64,000 nucleotides of DNA from IMG/VR virus record IMGVR_UViG_3300008116_000004; one strand, 5' to 3'. Of the stretch, positions 53,046-62,653 are shown in pieces; the stretch's first letter is position 1, and each line of letters starts with the position of its first letter. The translations under genes were made by a program, and so were the position numbers. Under the pieces are notes generated by a model that was not told the DNA's origin, searched no databases, and saw nothing but the letters and a program-made list of their open reading frames with translations. Source of the DNA: a virus.

Positions 53046-53981
53046 TTACGCCGCCTCCGCATAAGAAATTGCCTTGTTAAGAGCAGTGATCTTACGTTGA
53101 CGATTCTGACCATACCATGAAGACTGCATACGAGACTCGTTTGTATGACCGAGAACGTGATCAGTAGTATAAGTTACAGCATTAAAAGCATTCCACCATG
53201 AACCAGGAGCAAAATCTGCGCCAGGCTGTGTATCTACTACTGACAATACAGTTTCTGCTGGACGTGACATAACATCCTTGTTTTCCTTCGAAAGAGAAGG
53301 AAAGAGCTCACGGAGGTAGTTGTGAAGTGTTTCTTCACTGTAACGCTTAGATGAAAGAAACTCTGCAGCTTCTTTATAAGTAGACATCTTATTATTAGCA
53401 ATACCTAGAGTACGTTTAACCAGTTCCCCATCAAAACTACGGCGATGATTGAGACGTACAACGAGGTCACTAGAAGAACCAAGAGCGAGAGTAAGCGTAT
53501 TATTACATACCACCCGAATTGGAGTAAAGCGAATATCAATGGAGCGACCATACTCATGAGGATTGCTAAAAAGAAGATAGCTGTCAACTTTGTCTCCACC
53601 AAGAATCTCAAACGATTCATTTACCTTTGCAAGAGCCCAAACATTCTTACCTTCACGTAATGAACCTGCTGTATGCATTTTCATATTGCCTTCCATAACA
53701 AAGTCATGAAAGAAATCAAACGCTTCGTGATTCTGTACTGGGTTCCATTCACCTGATACTACTGAGAGAACTTTACCATCAGAAGAACGAACAAGAGCAG
53801 AATCTTCTGTAGGAATCTTCTGACCGTTATAGTCAATATAAGTAGGAACTTTATCGACAGTCCAATCAAGACCTGCCTTCTCAAGCATCTGAGCAGGAGT
53901 CAAATCATCTAATACTTTAATACCAAGACCGTGCCAAGGAACTTCACCAGCATATGCCATGCTTTCTACCAAATGTGCCAT
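53046..53981 (-). CDS. DUF932/DUF945 family protein
   Basis: MAYAGEVPWHGLG, AGLDWTV, VQNHEAF.FF, TPIRVVCNNTL. Confidence 0.85.
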   Translation of the reverse strand: MAHLVESMAYAGEVPWHGLGIKVLDDLTPAQMLEKAGLDWTVDKVPTYIDYNGQKIPTEDSALVRSSDGKVLSVVSGEWNPVQNHEAFDFFHDFVMEGNMKMHTAGSLREGKNVWALAKVNESFEILGGDKVDSYLLFSNPHEYGRSIDIRFTPIRVVCNNTLTLALGSSSDLVVRLNHRRSFDGELVKRTLGIANNKMSTYKEAAEFLSSKRYSEETLHNYLRELFPSLSKENKDVMSRPAETVLSVVDTQPGADFAPGSWWNAFNAVTYTTDHVLGHTNESRMQSSWYGQNRQRKITALNKAISYAEAA

Positions 53982-54043
53982 TTCACTTCTCCATTTTAAA
54001 ATTGGTCACAATTCACATTATTATAGTAGGCTGTTTTTTTAAT

Positions 54044-54583
54044 TTAAGCAACTGTTTTTTCTAAAACAGTAAAACCGTTGTTTTCAGTCGTATGGTAATT
54101 TACGACCCATTCTCTATGTTCCTTAAGAAACTCTAGAATTGCGGGAAGAAGACCTTTACCGTCTTGGCAGGTACAACCATAAGTGTGTGTATCATGAAAA
54201 GCAATATACTTATTTACTTTCATGTGATGACGTTCTAATTCATGTTTTACTTGGGAATAGCTATGATCTGTATCTATGAATAAAAGATCAGTCTGTTCTA
54301 TATCAATATGTAAAGTATTTCCAATTGAATACTTAACATCACGACCTTGACTGCCAGCAAGGTTAAACAATTCTTGTACTTTAGGATCAATAAAAAGATC
54401 ATAAGAGCGTACTACTGGAGCATTAGATGCAAGTATAGCTCTTGTAGATTGACCTTCTCTAACACCAAATTCTGTAACATGATTACAGAGACTAGCAATC
54501 CCTCTCAAAAGAGGAAGATGCTGGTTAATATCGGTTGGCGTTAAACACGCAATTTCAAATTCATCTAATAATGTAAGGCTCAT
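54044..54583 (-). CDS. Class I SAM methyltransferase (Methyltransf_24-like)
   Basis: EFGVREGQST, LFIDTDH, FHDT. Confidence 0.8.
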   Translation of the reverse strand: MSLTLLDEFEIACLTPTDINQHLPLLRGIASLCNHVTEFGVREGQSTRAILASNAPVVRSYDLFIDPKVQELFNLAGSQGRDVKYSIGNTLHIDIEQTDLLFIDTDHSYSQVKHELERHHMKVNKYIAFHDTHTYGCTCQDGKGLLPAILEFLKEHREWVVNYHTTENNGFTVLEKTVA

Positions 54584-54590
54584 AATATTC

Positions 54591-54893
54591 TCAATCACAG
54601 ATTACTTGATACTGATTTACCCAGCGCCAACCATTCCAGTATGAACCCATGAATACATTTTGACATACAGGTTGATAGCGATAAGACTGCTGATAATATC
54701 CTTGTTGAGTATTCATCATAAGACCACCTATAATAAGACCACCCACAAGAGGTGCTACCCAGTTATTATTACCTCCATGGTAGTGATGGTTATGATGTCT
54801 AGGTGCATGATGATGTCTTTGCCATTCACCTGCTTGTGCAGAAGTAGAAAATATTGTTAAAGCGGTTAATGCACTTAAAAATAATTTACGCAT
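54591..54893 (-). CDS. Secreted His-rich small protein
   Basis: Signal peptide, HHHAPRHHNHHYH, hydrophobic GGLIIGG segment. Confidence 0.6.
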   Translation of the reverse strand: MRKLFLSALTALTIFSTSAQAGEWQRHHHAPRHHNHHYHGGNNNWVAPLVGGLIIGGLMMNTQQGYYQQSYRYQPVCQNVFMGSYWNGWRWVNQYQVICD

Positions 54894-55014
54894 GTCTTTT
54901 CTCCAGACGTTTACGATCGTAAGAGCCTTTACCCTTACACGCACGGATAACTCTCGGGCGGTATTTTCGTTCCGAGAGCTCTCTAGCAAAGATGTTTTTT
55001 ACTGCTGTTTTCAT
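54886..55014 (-). CDS. ArfA-like ribosome rescue factor
   Basis: 42 aa; KYRPRVIRACKGKGSYDRK matches the ArfA KGKGSY.RK motif. Confidence 0.65.
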   Translation of the reverse strand: MKTAVKNIFARELSERKYRPRVIRACKGKGSYDRKRLEKRHA

Positions 55015-55020
55015 AATATT

Positions 55021-55049
55021 AATATAGTATTTTTTTGAAAAAAATGCAA
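55021..55049 (-). promoter_or_regulatory. Sigma70-like early promoter giving a leaderless ArfA-like mRNA
   Basis: TTGCAT-N17-TATATT; ATG 7 nt after the -10 box. Confidence 0.65.
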
Positions 55050-55078
55050 CTAAAAAAATATCCAATGATTTCAATGAG

Positions 55079-55474
55079 TTAGTACTTGGATCCTATGGTA
55101 TATTTTGCTACTAGATTCCACTTATCTTTTTCTTTAAAAGGAATAATTTTTATTTGATTAAGGGGAGCTTCTGGTGTTTCTGTTTTATTATAATCTACCT
55201 GCTCGATCAACTCCCATTCATCTAATAAATTAACTATTCTATTACGTCTTGCAATATCACCTTCAGAAAGATCAGCTTGTTTACCATCTAGTAAAAACAA
55301 TTCTTTGAAATGCACAATATAATACTTACCTTGTTTGTGCAAGATATGACAGGATTGATATAATGTGTTTTCCTTTTTAGATGCAAGACCTATGCGAGAA
55401 AGTGTCTCTTTTACTTTTAGAAAATCTTCTGGACTTCTAAGTCTCACTTCCACCAGCTGGTTTATGTTGAACAT
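55079..55474 (-). CDS. regA: Translational repressor RegA
   Basis: EDFLKVKETLSRIG, LYQSCHILHKQGKYYIVHFKELF. Confidence 0.95.
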   Translation of the reverse strand: MFNINQLVEVRLRSPEDFLKVKETLSRIGLASKKENTLYQSCHILHKQGKYYIVHFKELFLLDGKQADLSEGDIARRNRIVNLLDEWELIEQVDYNKTETPEAPLNQIKIIPFKEKDKWNLVAKYTIGSKY

Positions 55475-55859
55475 GATTACCACCTTTTATTATTTTTGTT
55501 TTTATATGGTCAATCTGCTCTCTAGTCAGAACTTTACTGATCTCAAGAGCTCTGTTATAATTCACCTTATAATATTCTTGTATACTTTCTACGTCAGAAC
55601 TCTCAACAGGCTTTGCCCATTTTGAAAATCTCTTAGAAACTCGTATACTATTTAGGTAATAATCATTTTGTAGTATAGAATCCACGTGATTTGCACGATT
55701 CATCTCATTAGCATATAGAACTGTATCAACATAATAAGAAAGAGCCCTGTTCACGAGGAAAGGGCTATAATCTTTTTCGGCTAAAGTTGGATTTTCGCTA
55801 TTTCTAATTAGATCTTTTTTACTAATATTAATAGCGTTAACATATTCAAAAGGGTTCAT
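55437..55859 (-). CDS. 62: Clamp loader small subunit gp62
   Basis: YSPFLVNRALS, ANEMN, KRFSKW; synteny with 44/45. Confidence 0.9.
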   Translation of the reverse strand: MNPFEYVNAINISKKDLIRNSENPTLAEKDYSPFLVNRALSYYVDTVLYANEMNRANHVDSILQNDYYLNSIRVSKRFSKWAKPVESSDVESIQEYYKVNYNRALEISKVLTREQIDHIKTKIIKGGNHVQHKPAGGSET

Positions 55860-56791
55860 AGAAACTCCAATGATACCATAACTTCTGTTAAAAATGCAGC
55901 TGTGTTAATTTCTGGATCAGCAACAAAAGCTGCTTGATATTGGTATTTTGCAATCAATACTACTAGCTCTGGAATGCTAGCCGGTTTAACATAATTATAG
56001 GCTTGATCATAGAACTTCCTAAACAGCTGCGCAGAATCTGTATCTGAGTTTTCTCCAACCCATTTACGCATCTCACTAAAGTTCTTTGCCTTAATATAAC
56101 CAATAAGAGTCTTAAGATTCTCATCAGCAAGATTAACAAAGATACCAGAATCAATCTTACCGTTTACTGAGTATCTTTGTAGTTCATTAAGCACACGACG
56201 CCAATCAGGCACATGCTTATTAATAAGCTCAGCAACAACAGCTTTATCATATTCTACCCCTTCTTTAGAAAGTATTCCCACTGTTCTTTTAAAAAATTGA
56301 ACTGCAAGTCTAGGTAGATCGTCTTTGGAAATTTTGAAGTCAACCACGGAGCAACGTGAGTGTAATGGTTCAATGATGCGGTGCTTGAAGTTACACGTGA
56401 GTATGAAGCCGCAGTTCCTTGAGAACTCTTCCATAAAATTGCGTAGAGCTGGCTGTGTAGAGTTGGCGTTAAGGTAGTCGGCTTCGTCGAGGATGACATA
56501 CTTTCTTCCCCCACCAAAAGATACCGAGGAAGCAAATTGTTGGATGTCGTTCCGGAGTGTGTCAATATTACCATTCATCGATCCATTGATAACAATATAG
56601 TCAGCACCAATCTGTTCTAACATAGCTTTAGCAACTGTTGTCTTACCAACACCAGCTGAACCAGTAAGAAGAAGATTAGGTATATTTCCGCTATCTATAA
56701 AAGAGCTGAAGGTCTGCTTGAGACCTTCAGGAAGTATACAATCATTAATTGTCTTTGGTCGATACTTTTCGACCCAGAGAAATTCATCCAT
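55856..56791 (-). CDS. 44: Clamp loader ATPase gp44
   Basis: LWVEKYRP, GSAGVGKTT, DEAD, SRC. Confidence 0.95.
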   Translation of the reverse strand: MDEFLWVEKYRPKTINDCILPEGLKQTFSSFIDSGNIPNLLLTGSAGVGKTTVAKAMLEQIGADYIVINGSMNGNIDTLRNDIQQFASSVSFGGGRKYVILDEADYLNANSTQPALRNFMEEFSRNCGFILTCNFKHRIIEPLHSRCSVVDFKISKDDLPRLAVQFFKRTVGILSKEGVEYDKAVVAELINKHVPDWRRVLNELQRYSVNGKIDSGIFVNLADENLKTLIGYIKAKNFSEMRKWVGENSDTDSAQLFRKFYDQAYNYVKPASIPELVVLIAKYQYQAAFVADPEINTAAFLTEVMVSLEFL

Positions 56792-56793
56792 AG

Positions 56794-57459
56794 TTACCCA
56801 CCATACGAACTAGATGCTTCAGTCATGACAAAGTAAATAGTATTGCCTGTTGACCATTTCGATATACCACGTGATGTTATTTTAACATCATAGTTAGATG
56901 AAATCAACTTAACAATGTTTTCTACTTTAAAGAACATATTAAATGTCTTATCAGTAGTACCTACTTCAATACTGAATACATCTGTTGTTGGGTTTTTAGA
57001 ATTAGTAGCAGTGATTGTAATGGTATGCCCATCACCAATCACTGCAATTTCCGGAAGCTGAAGAACGCTAGTAGCCCTTACGACTCTCTGCAATTCATCT
57101 TGAGAAATGGAGAACTCAATATCAGCTCCCGGAAAACTTATCTCTTTATTAGGATCTGGTGCAACAATCATAGAAGGATCAGCATATGTGTAATTAACTG
57201 ACTGACGTCCAGATACAATTCTTACTTGCTTATCACTAAAATCTAACTCAGGTTCTTTAAATAGCGATACAATACCAAGAAACTTTGCAAGTTCATAGAT
57301 AGCAAATTGTTGAGGAAAAGTTTCTTCCACAATTGCTTTAGCAAAGATATTCTTAGATGGTGAAATAGTAGTAATACTATTACCAGGTGCTACCAAGAGT
57401 GATGGATTGATAGTAGAGAAGTTTTTAAGAATATTAATAGTAGCTTCACTTAATTTCAT
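56794..57459 (-). CDS. 45: Sliding clamp gp45
   Basis: MKLSEATINILKNFSTINPS, FAIYEL..FL. Confidence 0.92.
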   Translation of the reverse strand: MKLSEATINILKNFSTINPSLLVAPGNSITTISPSKNIFAKAIVEETFPQQFAIYELAKFLGIVSLFKEPELDFSDKQVRIVSGRQSVNYTYADPSMIVAPDPNKEISFPGADIEFSISQDELQRVVRATSVLQLPEIAVIGDGHTITITATNSKNPTTDVFSIEVGTTDKTFNMFFKVENIVKLISSNYDVKITSRGISKWSTGNTIYFVMTEASSSYGG

Positions 57460-57473
57460 AATATAAATTTCCT

Positions 57474-58532
57474 TTAACCAATCTTTTTAAACTTCTTGAG
57501 AAGGTTTGGATCAGCTGATCCCATTGGTACTGGTTGAGGTGCTGCAGGTGCGTTACCTGCACGTTGTTTTTTAATGAGTTCTGCATCTGCAGTTGCTGAT
57601 GCACCAATAGAAGCTAGTGCTGGCAATTTGCCACCAAACACATATGAGCCTGAATGTTGTAGATGCATCCATGGACACAACCATACCTTCATGCCAGCCT
57701 TGCGTACATTCTGACAGAACAGATAATCTTCAGAAAGATAGCGATCTGTTGAAGAATTAATCTTTGATTGTGCTTCTGCTAATGCATCAGATACTTCTTT
57801 ACTAGGAACTGATTCACCTGAAGCAATACGCTTAAGAAGTTCTTCATATTTTTTAATAGGATTGTGACGATCAACTTCAGCTTGGAAATACATACCGATC
57901 TTACGTGAACCATCAAACGCTTCTGTACGAACATGATCTGGTTTATACATAATTTCTGGATAAGCAGCAAGATACTTCTTAAAAGTATCCTTACGAATCA
58001 TCATAAACCCAGTACCAGTTTCTAGCACTTGTGCAGGTTCATCTAAACGAATAACTCTTGATGAAGGATCATTCTCATCAATTGCAGGGTTAAATACAAA
58101 GTCACCAACAAAATCTTCAAGTACATTAGGGTTTTGATCAGCTACACCTTTATCAACTGCCTGTTTAATCTTTTCCCAAGTAATACACTTCTTAGGATAA
58201 GGAGCTGCAATAACATCATATTCTGACTCTGGTGTCTGTAATGCCATCATAGCAATAACATCTTGTGGATTGAATCCAATGTCTGAGTCAATAAACAGGA
58301 GGTGCTCTGAATCTGAACGAATAAATTCATCTGCACAATAATTGCGTGCACGTGTGATCAATGATTCGTTAAACAAAAAGTATGAACGCACTTCAATGCC
58401 ATACTTAACACAGAGTGCAGTAAGATCACACATAGAACGTGTATACATCCCACCTGCCATACCACCATACATCGGTGTTGCTACAAACAACTTACGCTTT
58501 CTAAGCGCTTCTATATCAATTTTAATTTCCAT
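57474..58532 (-). CDS. Glycosyltransferase-like (GT-A) protein
   Basis: LFVATPMYGG, ESLITRARN, LFIDSDI, GTGFMMI, SEDY.FC. Confidence 0.75.
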   Translation of the reverse strand: MEIKIDIEALRKRKLFVATPMYGGMAGGMYTRSMCDLTALCVKYGIEVRSYFLFNESLITRARNYCADEFIRSDSEHLLFIDSDIGFNPQDVIAMMALQTPESEYDVIAAPYPKKCITWEKIKQAVDKGVADQNPNVLEDFVGDFVFNPAIDENDPSSRVIRLDEPAQVLETGTGFMMIRKDTFKKYLAAYPEIMYKPDHVRTEAFDGSRKIGMYFQAEVDRHNPIKKYEELLKRIASGESVPSKEVSDALAEAQSKINSSTDRYLSEDYLFCQNVRKAGMKVWLCPWMHLQHSGSYVFGGKLPALASIGASATADAELIKKQRAGNAPAAPQPVPMGSADPNLLKKFKKIG

Positions 58533-58715
58533 TTTTTATTTCCTTATTACCACGAACCATCATCAATGATGAATTCTATTCTAAACATTAATAGTCTAAT
58601 AATTAACTGATGCATCTTAGGGTTAAAATCATCAGGTCTCCTATAATTAAAATCTAAACCCCAGCTTATAGGATTAAGAATAAACATAATTGATAAATTT
58701 GACCACCTAAGATAA

Positions 58716-59222
58716 TTAAGTATACTTTTGATCATGCGCTTTGCCAATACCATAATCACCATCATACTTCTTTAGTGATTGCGACTTAAAGAGAAGGAAC
58801 TGACCTACACGAGTTCCTTTCTTAATCTTTGCAGGTGCTGTTACATGGAGAGCACCTGCCATAACGCCATGATAGCCAGAATCGTATAGACCACTAGTAA
58901 TAAACAAACCATTGCGATTAAGGGTTGATCTAGTAATAACCCAGCCAGCCTCGTCAGATCCAACCTGGATAATATTTTCCATAATGATCTCATATGAGCC
59001 AGGATTGAGGTACCAATAACCTTCATTATCTGGATTGAGTTCTGTAGAACCTCTATGCTGTTTAGTTTCTTTGCCATTCTCTTCACCAATAACAAATGTC
59101 TTATCAAGATCCATTCTAAAGATCTTTTCCACCCGGAGGTCTACTGCATTAGGTTGAATATCAGTTAACTCTACATTAGTAAGAGTAGATTGAGTATCTT
59201 GTGCTGCAATATGTATCATCAT
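58716..59222 (-). CDS. Trimeric dUTPase / dCTP deaminase family
   Basis: QPNAVDLR, RSTLNRNG, YDSGYHG, RVGQ. Confidence 0.8.
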   Translation of the reverse strand: MMIHIAAQDTQSTLTNVELTDIQPNAVDLRVEKIFRMDLDKTFVIGEENGKETKQHRGSTELNPDNEGYWYLNPGSYEIIMENIIQVGSDEAGWVITRSTLNRNGLFITSGLYDSGYHGVMAGALHVTAPAKIKKGTRVGQFLLFKSQSLKKYDGDYGIGKAHDQKYT

Positions 59223-59863
59223 GAAGCTTCATCCATAAAAAAATAAGGGTTTTCAAATGTATCAAAATGTCCTACAATCTCCATCATAGGCTGTCCTGGA
59301 ATAAATTGCCAGATATAATTTGGTTCTAACGGTCTCGAACCAGTAAATTTAGTAGATGATATATTACCTTGCTCATCAATAAACATAGGAGATATTTCAT
59401 TACGAAAGAGTTGTAAACCTACCCCATCTTCATAGTATAGACAAGAAAACGTACCATCAATATTGTTTAAGTTTTTTGTATACTTGTATTTGTGTAGTAT
59501 GAGATATGTATCCCATGTAATATATCCTAATGCTGCACCTGAACTTTCAATAAACTTTTTAATCCAGTTATCTTTAATAATACCATTATGCCAAAGATAA
59601 TGATTACCTATATTAGCTGGGTGTATAGAATTCTCTGATTTATTATCTGTTGTAGGTGCTTGCATATGAGCAATACAATATTGCCCTTCTGGTATATTTA
59701 CATCGTAAATAGGAAATAATCCTAATGCTTTTTGCATATATGTAATACGTTTAATTTTAGGATCATAGTAAGAAAATGAATAAGAATGCCCACCCCTGTA
59801 TGCATTAAGCATAGCAAGTTCTACTATTTTACCTTTATCGAAACTTCCAAATATACTACACAT
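59219..59863 (-). CDS. Class II (Ntn) glutamine amidotransferase
   Basis: N-terminal M-C-S-I-F-G nucleophile, RG, HP, WHNGII, DGTF. Confidence 0.8.
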   Translation of the reverse strand: MCSIFGSFDKGKIVELAMLNAYRGGHSYSFSYYDPKIKRITYMQKALGLFPIYDVNIPEGQYCIAHMQAPTTDNKSENSIHPANIGNHYLWHNGIIKDNWIKKFIESSGAALGYITWDTYLILHKYKYTKNLNNIDGTFSCLYYEDGVGLQLFRNEISPMFIDEQGNISSTKFTGSRPLEPNYIWQFIPGQPMMEIVGHFDTFENPYFFMDEAS

Positions 59864-60630
59864 CATAGGCCTAGAGAATTGTAAGGTAAATATTTTTCCC
59901 AATCAATAGGAGGGTTATACGGAATAGGATCTTTTACCCTTGCTTTAATGAAGTTAGCAATTCGTTCAGAGCATGAAGGACATTTTCCGCAAGAGTTGCC
60001 ATTTTCATCAGGGTTATAGCAAGTAAGTGTGTAATCAAATCTAACATTACCTAACTCCTGTGCAATCATAATCTCATCATACTTAGAGAGCAAACTAAAA
60101 GGTGCTTCTAGTTTTACTTTATGTGTACGATTTTGATCTGCAACTGCATTCATACAATCAACAAACTTCTGAGTTGTATCCCAATAACCATATTCATCAT
60201 GTACTTGTAACCCAGTAAACACATGAGATGCTTTGTTTGATTCTGCAAATGAAAATGCTAGTGCATTAAGAATCATATTGCGGAACGGTACATAGGTTTT
60301 AGGTTGTGGATCTCCAAGAACTTCTTTGATGGTTGGCATAGCCACGTCAGTGCCGCCGATATTTGCACTGACATCCTTTACAATATCACCAAGAATTCCA
60401 AGATCCAATACTTTATGAGCAATACCAAGATGTTGACACGTTTTAGCAGCCATCTCAAGCTCTTTTACTTGCTTCTGTCCATAATTATATGATAAAGCAA
60501 ACACTCTATTATTGCCATACTTTTTAACAAGTATGTAAGTCATAATTGTAGAATCTAGACCACCAGAAAGAACTGATACTACATTTTGATCTGTATCAGG
60601 TAACTTACTTAATGCTTCGTTCATATTCAT
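59863..60630 (-). CDS. queC: 7-cyano-7-deazaguanine synthase
   Basis: LSGGLDST, YNYGQKQ, TYVPFRN, TCY...CGKCPSC.ER. Confidence 0.95.
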   Translation of the reverse strand: MNMNEALSKLPDTDQNVVSVLSGGLDSTIMTYILVKKYGNNRVFALSYNYGQKQVKELEMAAKTCQHLGIAHKVLDLGILGDIVKDVSANIGGTDVAMPTIKEVLGDPQPKTYVPFRNMILNALAFSFAESNKASHVFTGLQVHDEYGYWDTTQKFVDCMNAVADQNRTHKVKLEAPFSLLSKYDEIMIAQELGNVRFDYTLTCYNPDENGNSCGKCPSCSERIANFIKARVKDPIPYNPPIDWEKYLPYNSLGL

Positions 60631-60961
60631 TTGCAATTTCTTCCTGTAAATACCACATTGCTTTGTGTAAATCTTCTAGACGCTTTGCTGGATCTTTTTT
60701 ACCTGCTCGTGCAACATACTTAACTACATTACCGAGTGAGAAGCTTAACTCCCACGCACGAATAACTTTAATGACTTCATATGGATTATCTTTACCACCA
60801 TAATGATCTGGGTGATTTACTGCCTCTTTTTTACGAGTAGTCTCTCTATGAACTGGTTGATGTACAACTTCTTTTTCTGTTGCAGGTTGTACAGCAGGTA
60901 TAACCGGTCTTGCTGGAACACTACCACTAGTAATTATACTACCACCTGTTTTAATAGCCAT
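60605..60961 (-). CDS. DUF3310 protein
   Basis: VNHPDHY, GNVVKYVARAGKK, EDLHKAMWYL. Confidence 0.85.
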   Translation of the reverse strand: MAIKTGGSIITSGSVPARPVIPAVQPATEKEVVHQPVHRETTRKKEAVNHPDHYGGKDNPYEVIKVIRAWELSFSLGNVVKYVARAGKKDPAKRLEDLHKAMWYLQEEIANEYERSIK

Positions 60962-60962
60962 A

Positions 60963-61898
60963 TTATTGCCTCAATGTTTTAGTGTTTAACTTACCTGCAT
61001 CAACCAAGTCTCTTGCATACTTGAAAATTAAATGATCATTAGTTGCGCGTACTGGATTAATATCAATACCACCACGGCGTGTATAAAGACATGATACAAG
61101 AAGTTGATCTGGTTCTAATAAATCATAAAGTCTCTTATAGACACATTCACATATTTCTTCATGAAAGTGATTTTCTCTACGCATAGAAACAATATACTGT
61201 AGAAGTGATTCTGGTGTTACTGTCTTATTACCTTTGATTGAGATGTAAATATCACCCCAGTCAGGTTGGTTAGTAACACGACAGTTTGAACGAAGAACTG
61301 CTGAACGCCAGTTATAATGTGCGTCAGGGTTAGTATCTTTTACTACTAAGATAGCAGGATCTTCGTTATATTGATTAAACTCAATCTTCTCTACATTAAC
61401 ACTATGTTCAAGAGATATAAATGAGAAATTACCAATAGGTGATGAACAGGATGTGCTTTCATCACAAAATGCTACTTGAATTGCATCTTGTTCAACACCT
61501 AATGTTTTAGAAAGGTCTCTGTAGATAATATCTACTACTTCATCAATAACATCAGAAACTGTATCACCTAAACGTGCCATATTAAATGAGTTCATATAAA
61601 GCTTAAGTGATTTTGATTCTACAATGTTAGGTGAATCAGACGGATACACACAACGAATAACCCCGCAAACAGGAAAACCGTTTGTAGTAAGGGTGGAAAA
61701 CTCATAACAATTCCAAGTATCGTACCCAACAAAAGGAAGATTATCATCATCGATGTTATAGACGGTACGATTAAGATGGCGAGGGATACCGACGAGTAAA
61801 GTAGGATCAATGTTATCAGGAGTAACATAAGGTTTAACAACTGAACCATCACCAGCTTTTCCTAGGTGCACAGACGCAATATCTTCAATATTAACCAT
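60963..61898 (-). CDS. queF: NADPH-dependent preQ0 reductase (bimodular QueF)
   Basis: VESKSLKLYMNSF, RSNCRVTNQPDWG, FHEEICE, YTRRGGIDINP. Confidence 0.95.
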   Translation of the reverse strand: MVNIEDIASVHLGKAGDGSVVKPYVTPDNIDPTLLVGIPRHLNRTVYNIDDDNLPFVGYDTWNCYEFSTLTTNGFPVCGVIRCVYPSDSPNIVESKSLKLYMNSFNMARLGDTVSDVIDEVVDIIYRDLSKTLGVEQDAIQVAFCDESTSCSSPIGNFSFISLEHSVNVEKIEFNQYNEDPAILVVKDTNPDAHYNWRSAVLRSNCRVTNQPDWGDIYISIKGNKTVTPESLLQYIVSMRRENHFHEEICECVYKRLYDLLEPDQLLVSCLYTRRGGIDINPVRATNDHLIFKYARDLVDAGKLNTKTLRQ

Positions 61899-62127
61899 TT
61901 TTCTTTTCCTCATATGCAATTGCAAATTCTAAAAACTTAGCAGCTTTCTTAAGATCTTGAAGTACAGGATCTTTATTACCTGCTCTCCAAACATACTTAA
62001 AAGCTTGAAATCGATTATAATCTGTAAACGTATCGTTAGTAGAAGTCTTACATAATTCTTCAATCACATCAATACATTCATACTTACTATCACCTTTATA
62101 GTGACTAGGTCTAATAGCATCAGACAT
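61891..62127 (-). CDS. DUF3310 protein (second copy)
   Basis: RPSHY, ECIDVI, KYVWRAGNK, QDLKKA. Confidence 0.8.
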   Translation of the reverse strand: MSDAIRPSHYKGDSKYECIDVIEELCKTSTNDTFTDYNRFQAFKYVWRAGNKDPVLQDLKKAAKFLEFAIAYEEKKNG

Positions 62128-62653
62128 TAATATGCTCCGGTAAGAATTCTAACCATGATTGTAGTGAACAATCCTTTAGTGTATTATAAAGCTCTTCTTT
62201 AGTAATGCAAGTGTTATCTCTAAGAACACTATGAACTACTTCACCTTCATCTACCCCTTCAGTTACTTTATGAATAACCGATCCAATAGTATGATACTTG
62301 GCATGACCTTCCCAAGTTTTCTCTTGAGGGTCTTTACCTTTAAGTTCTGGATGTAGATGAATAGCTGCAGGATGTCCGTTAAAGATATCATGCATTGTTA
62401 CAATATCTTTAGGAATAATTTTAAGATAACCATGAAGTGTTATAAAACATCTTCGTTTAGTAAAACGCAATGAGTTATGAATAGCCTCAAAGTTCATAAT
62501 AGTGACCTTATCTACCGGTATATTATGTGACCATTGATCTTCATTTCTATTATTAGTAATAATATCAGTAGGCCAGACATCGAAGTGATCACAAATCTTC
62601 TTGAGTTCACTTCCTGTCTGACTAAAGAGTGCTATCCAAGGTCTCAATTGCAA
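62120..62653 (-). CDS. PurN-like formyltransferase (DpdN-like)
   Basis: ALFSQTGS, LHGYLKII, NGHP, VIHKVTEGVDEGEV. Confidence 0.8.
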   Translation of the reverse strand: MQLRPWIALFSQTGSELKKICDHFDVWPTDIITNNRNEDQWSHNIPVDKVTIMNFEAIHNSLRFTKRRCFITLHGYLKIIPKDIVTMHDIFNGHPAAIHLHPELKGKDPQEKTWEGHAKYHTIGSVIHKVTEGVDEGEVVHSVLRDNTCITKEELYNTLKDCSLQSWLEFLPEHINV

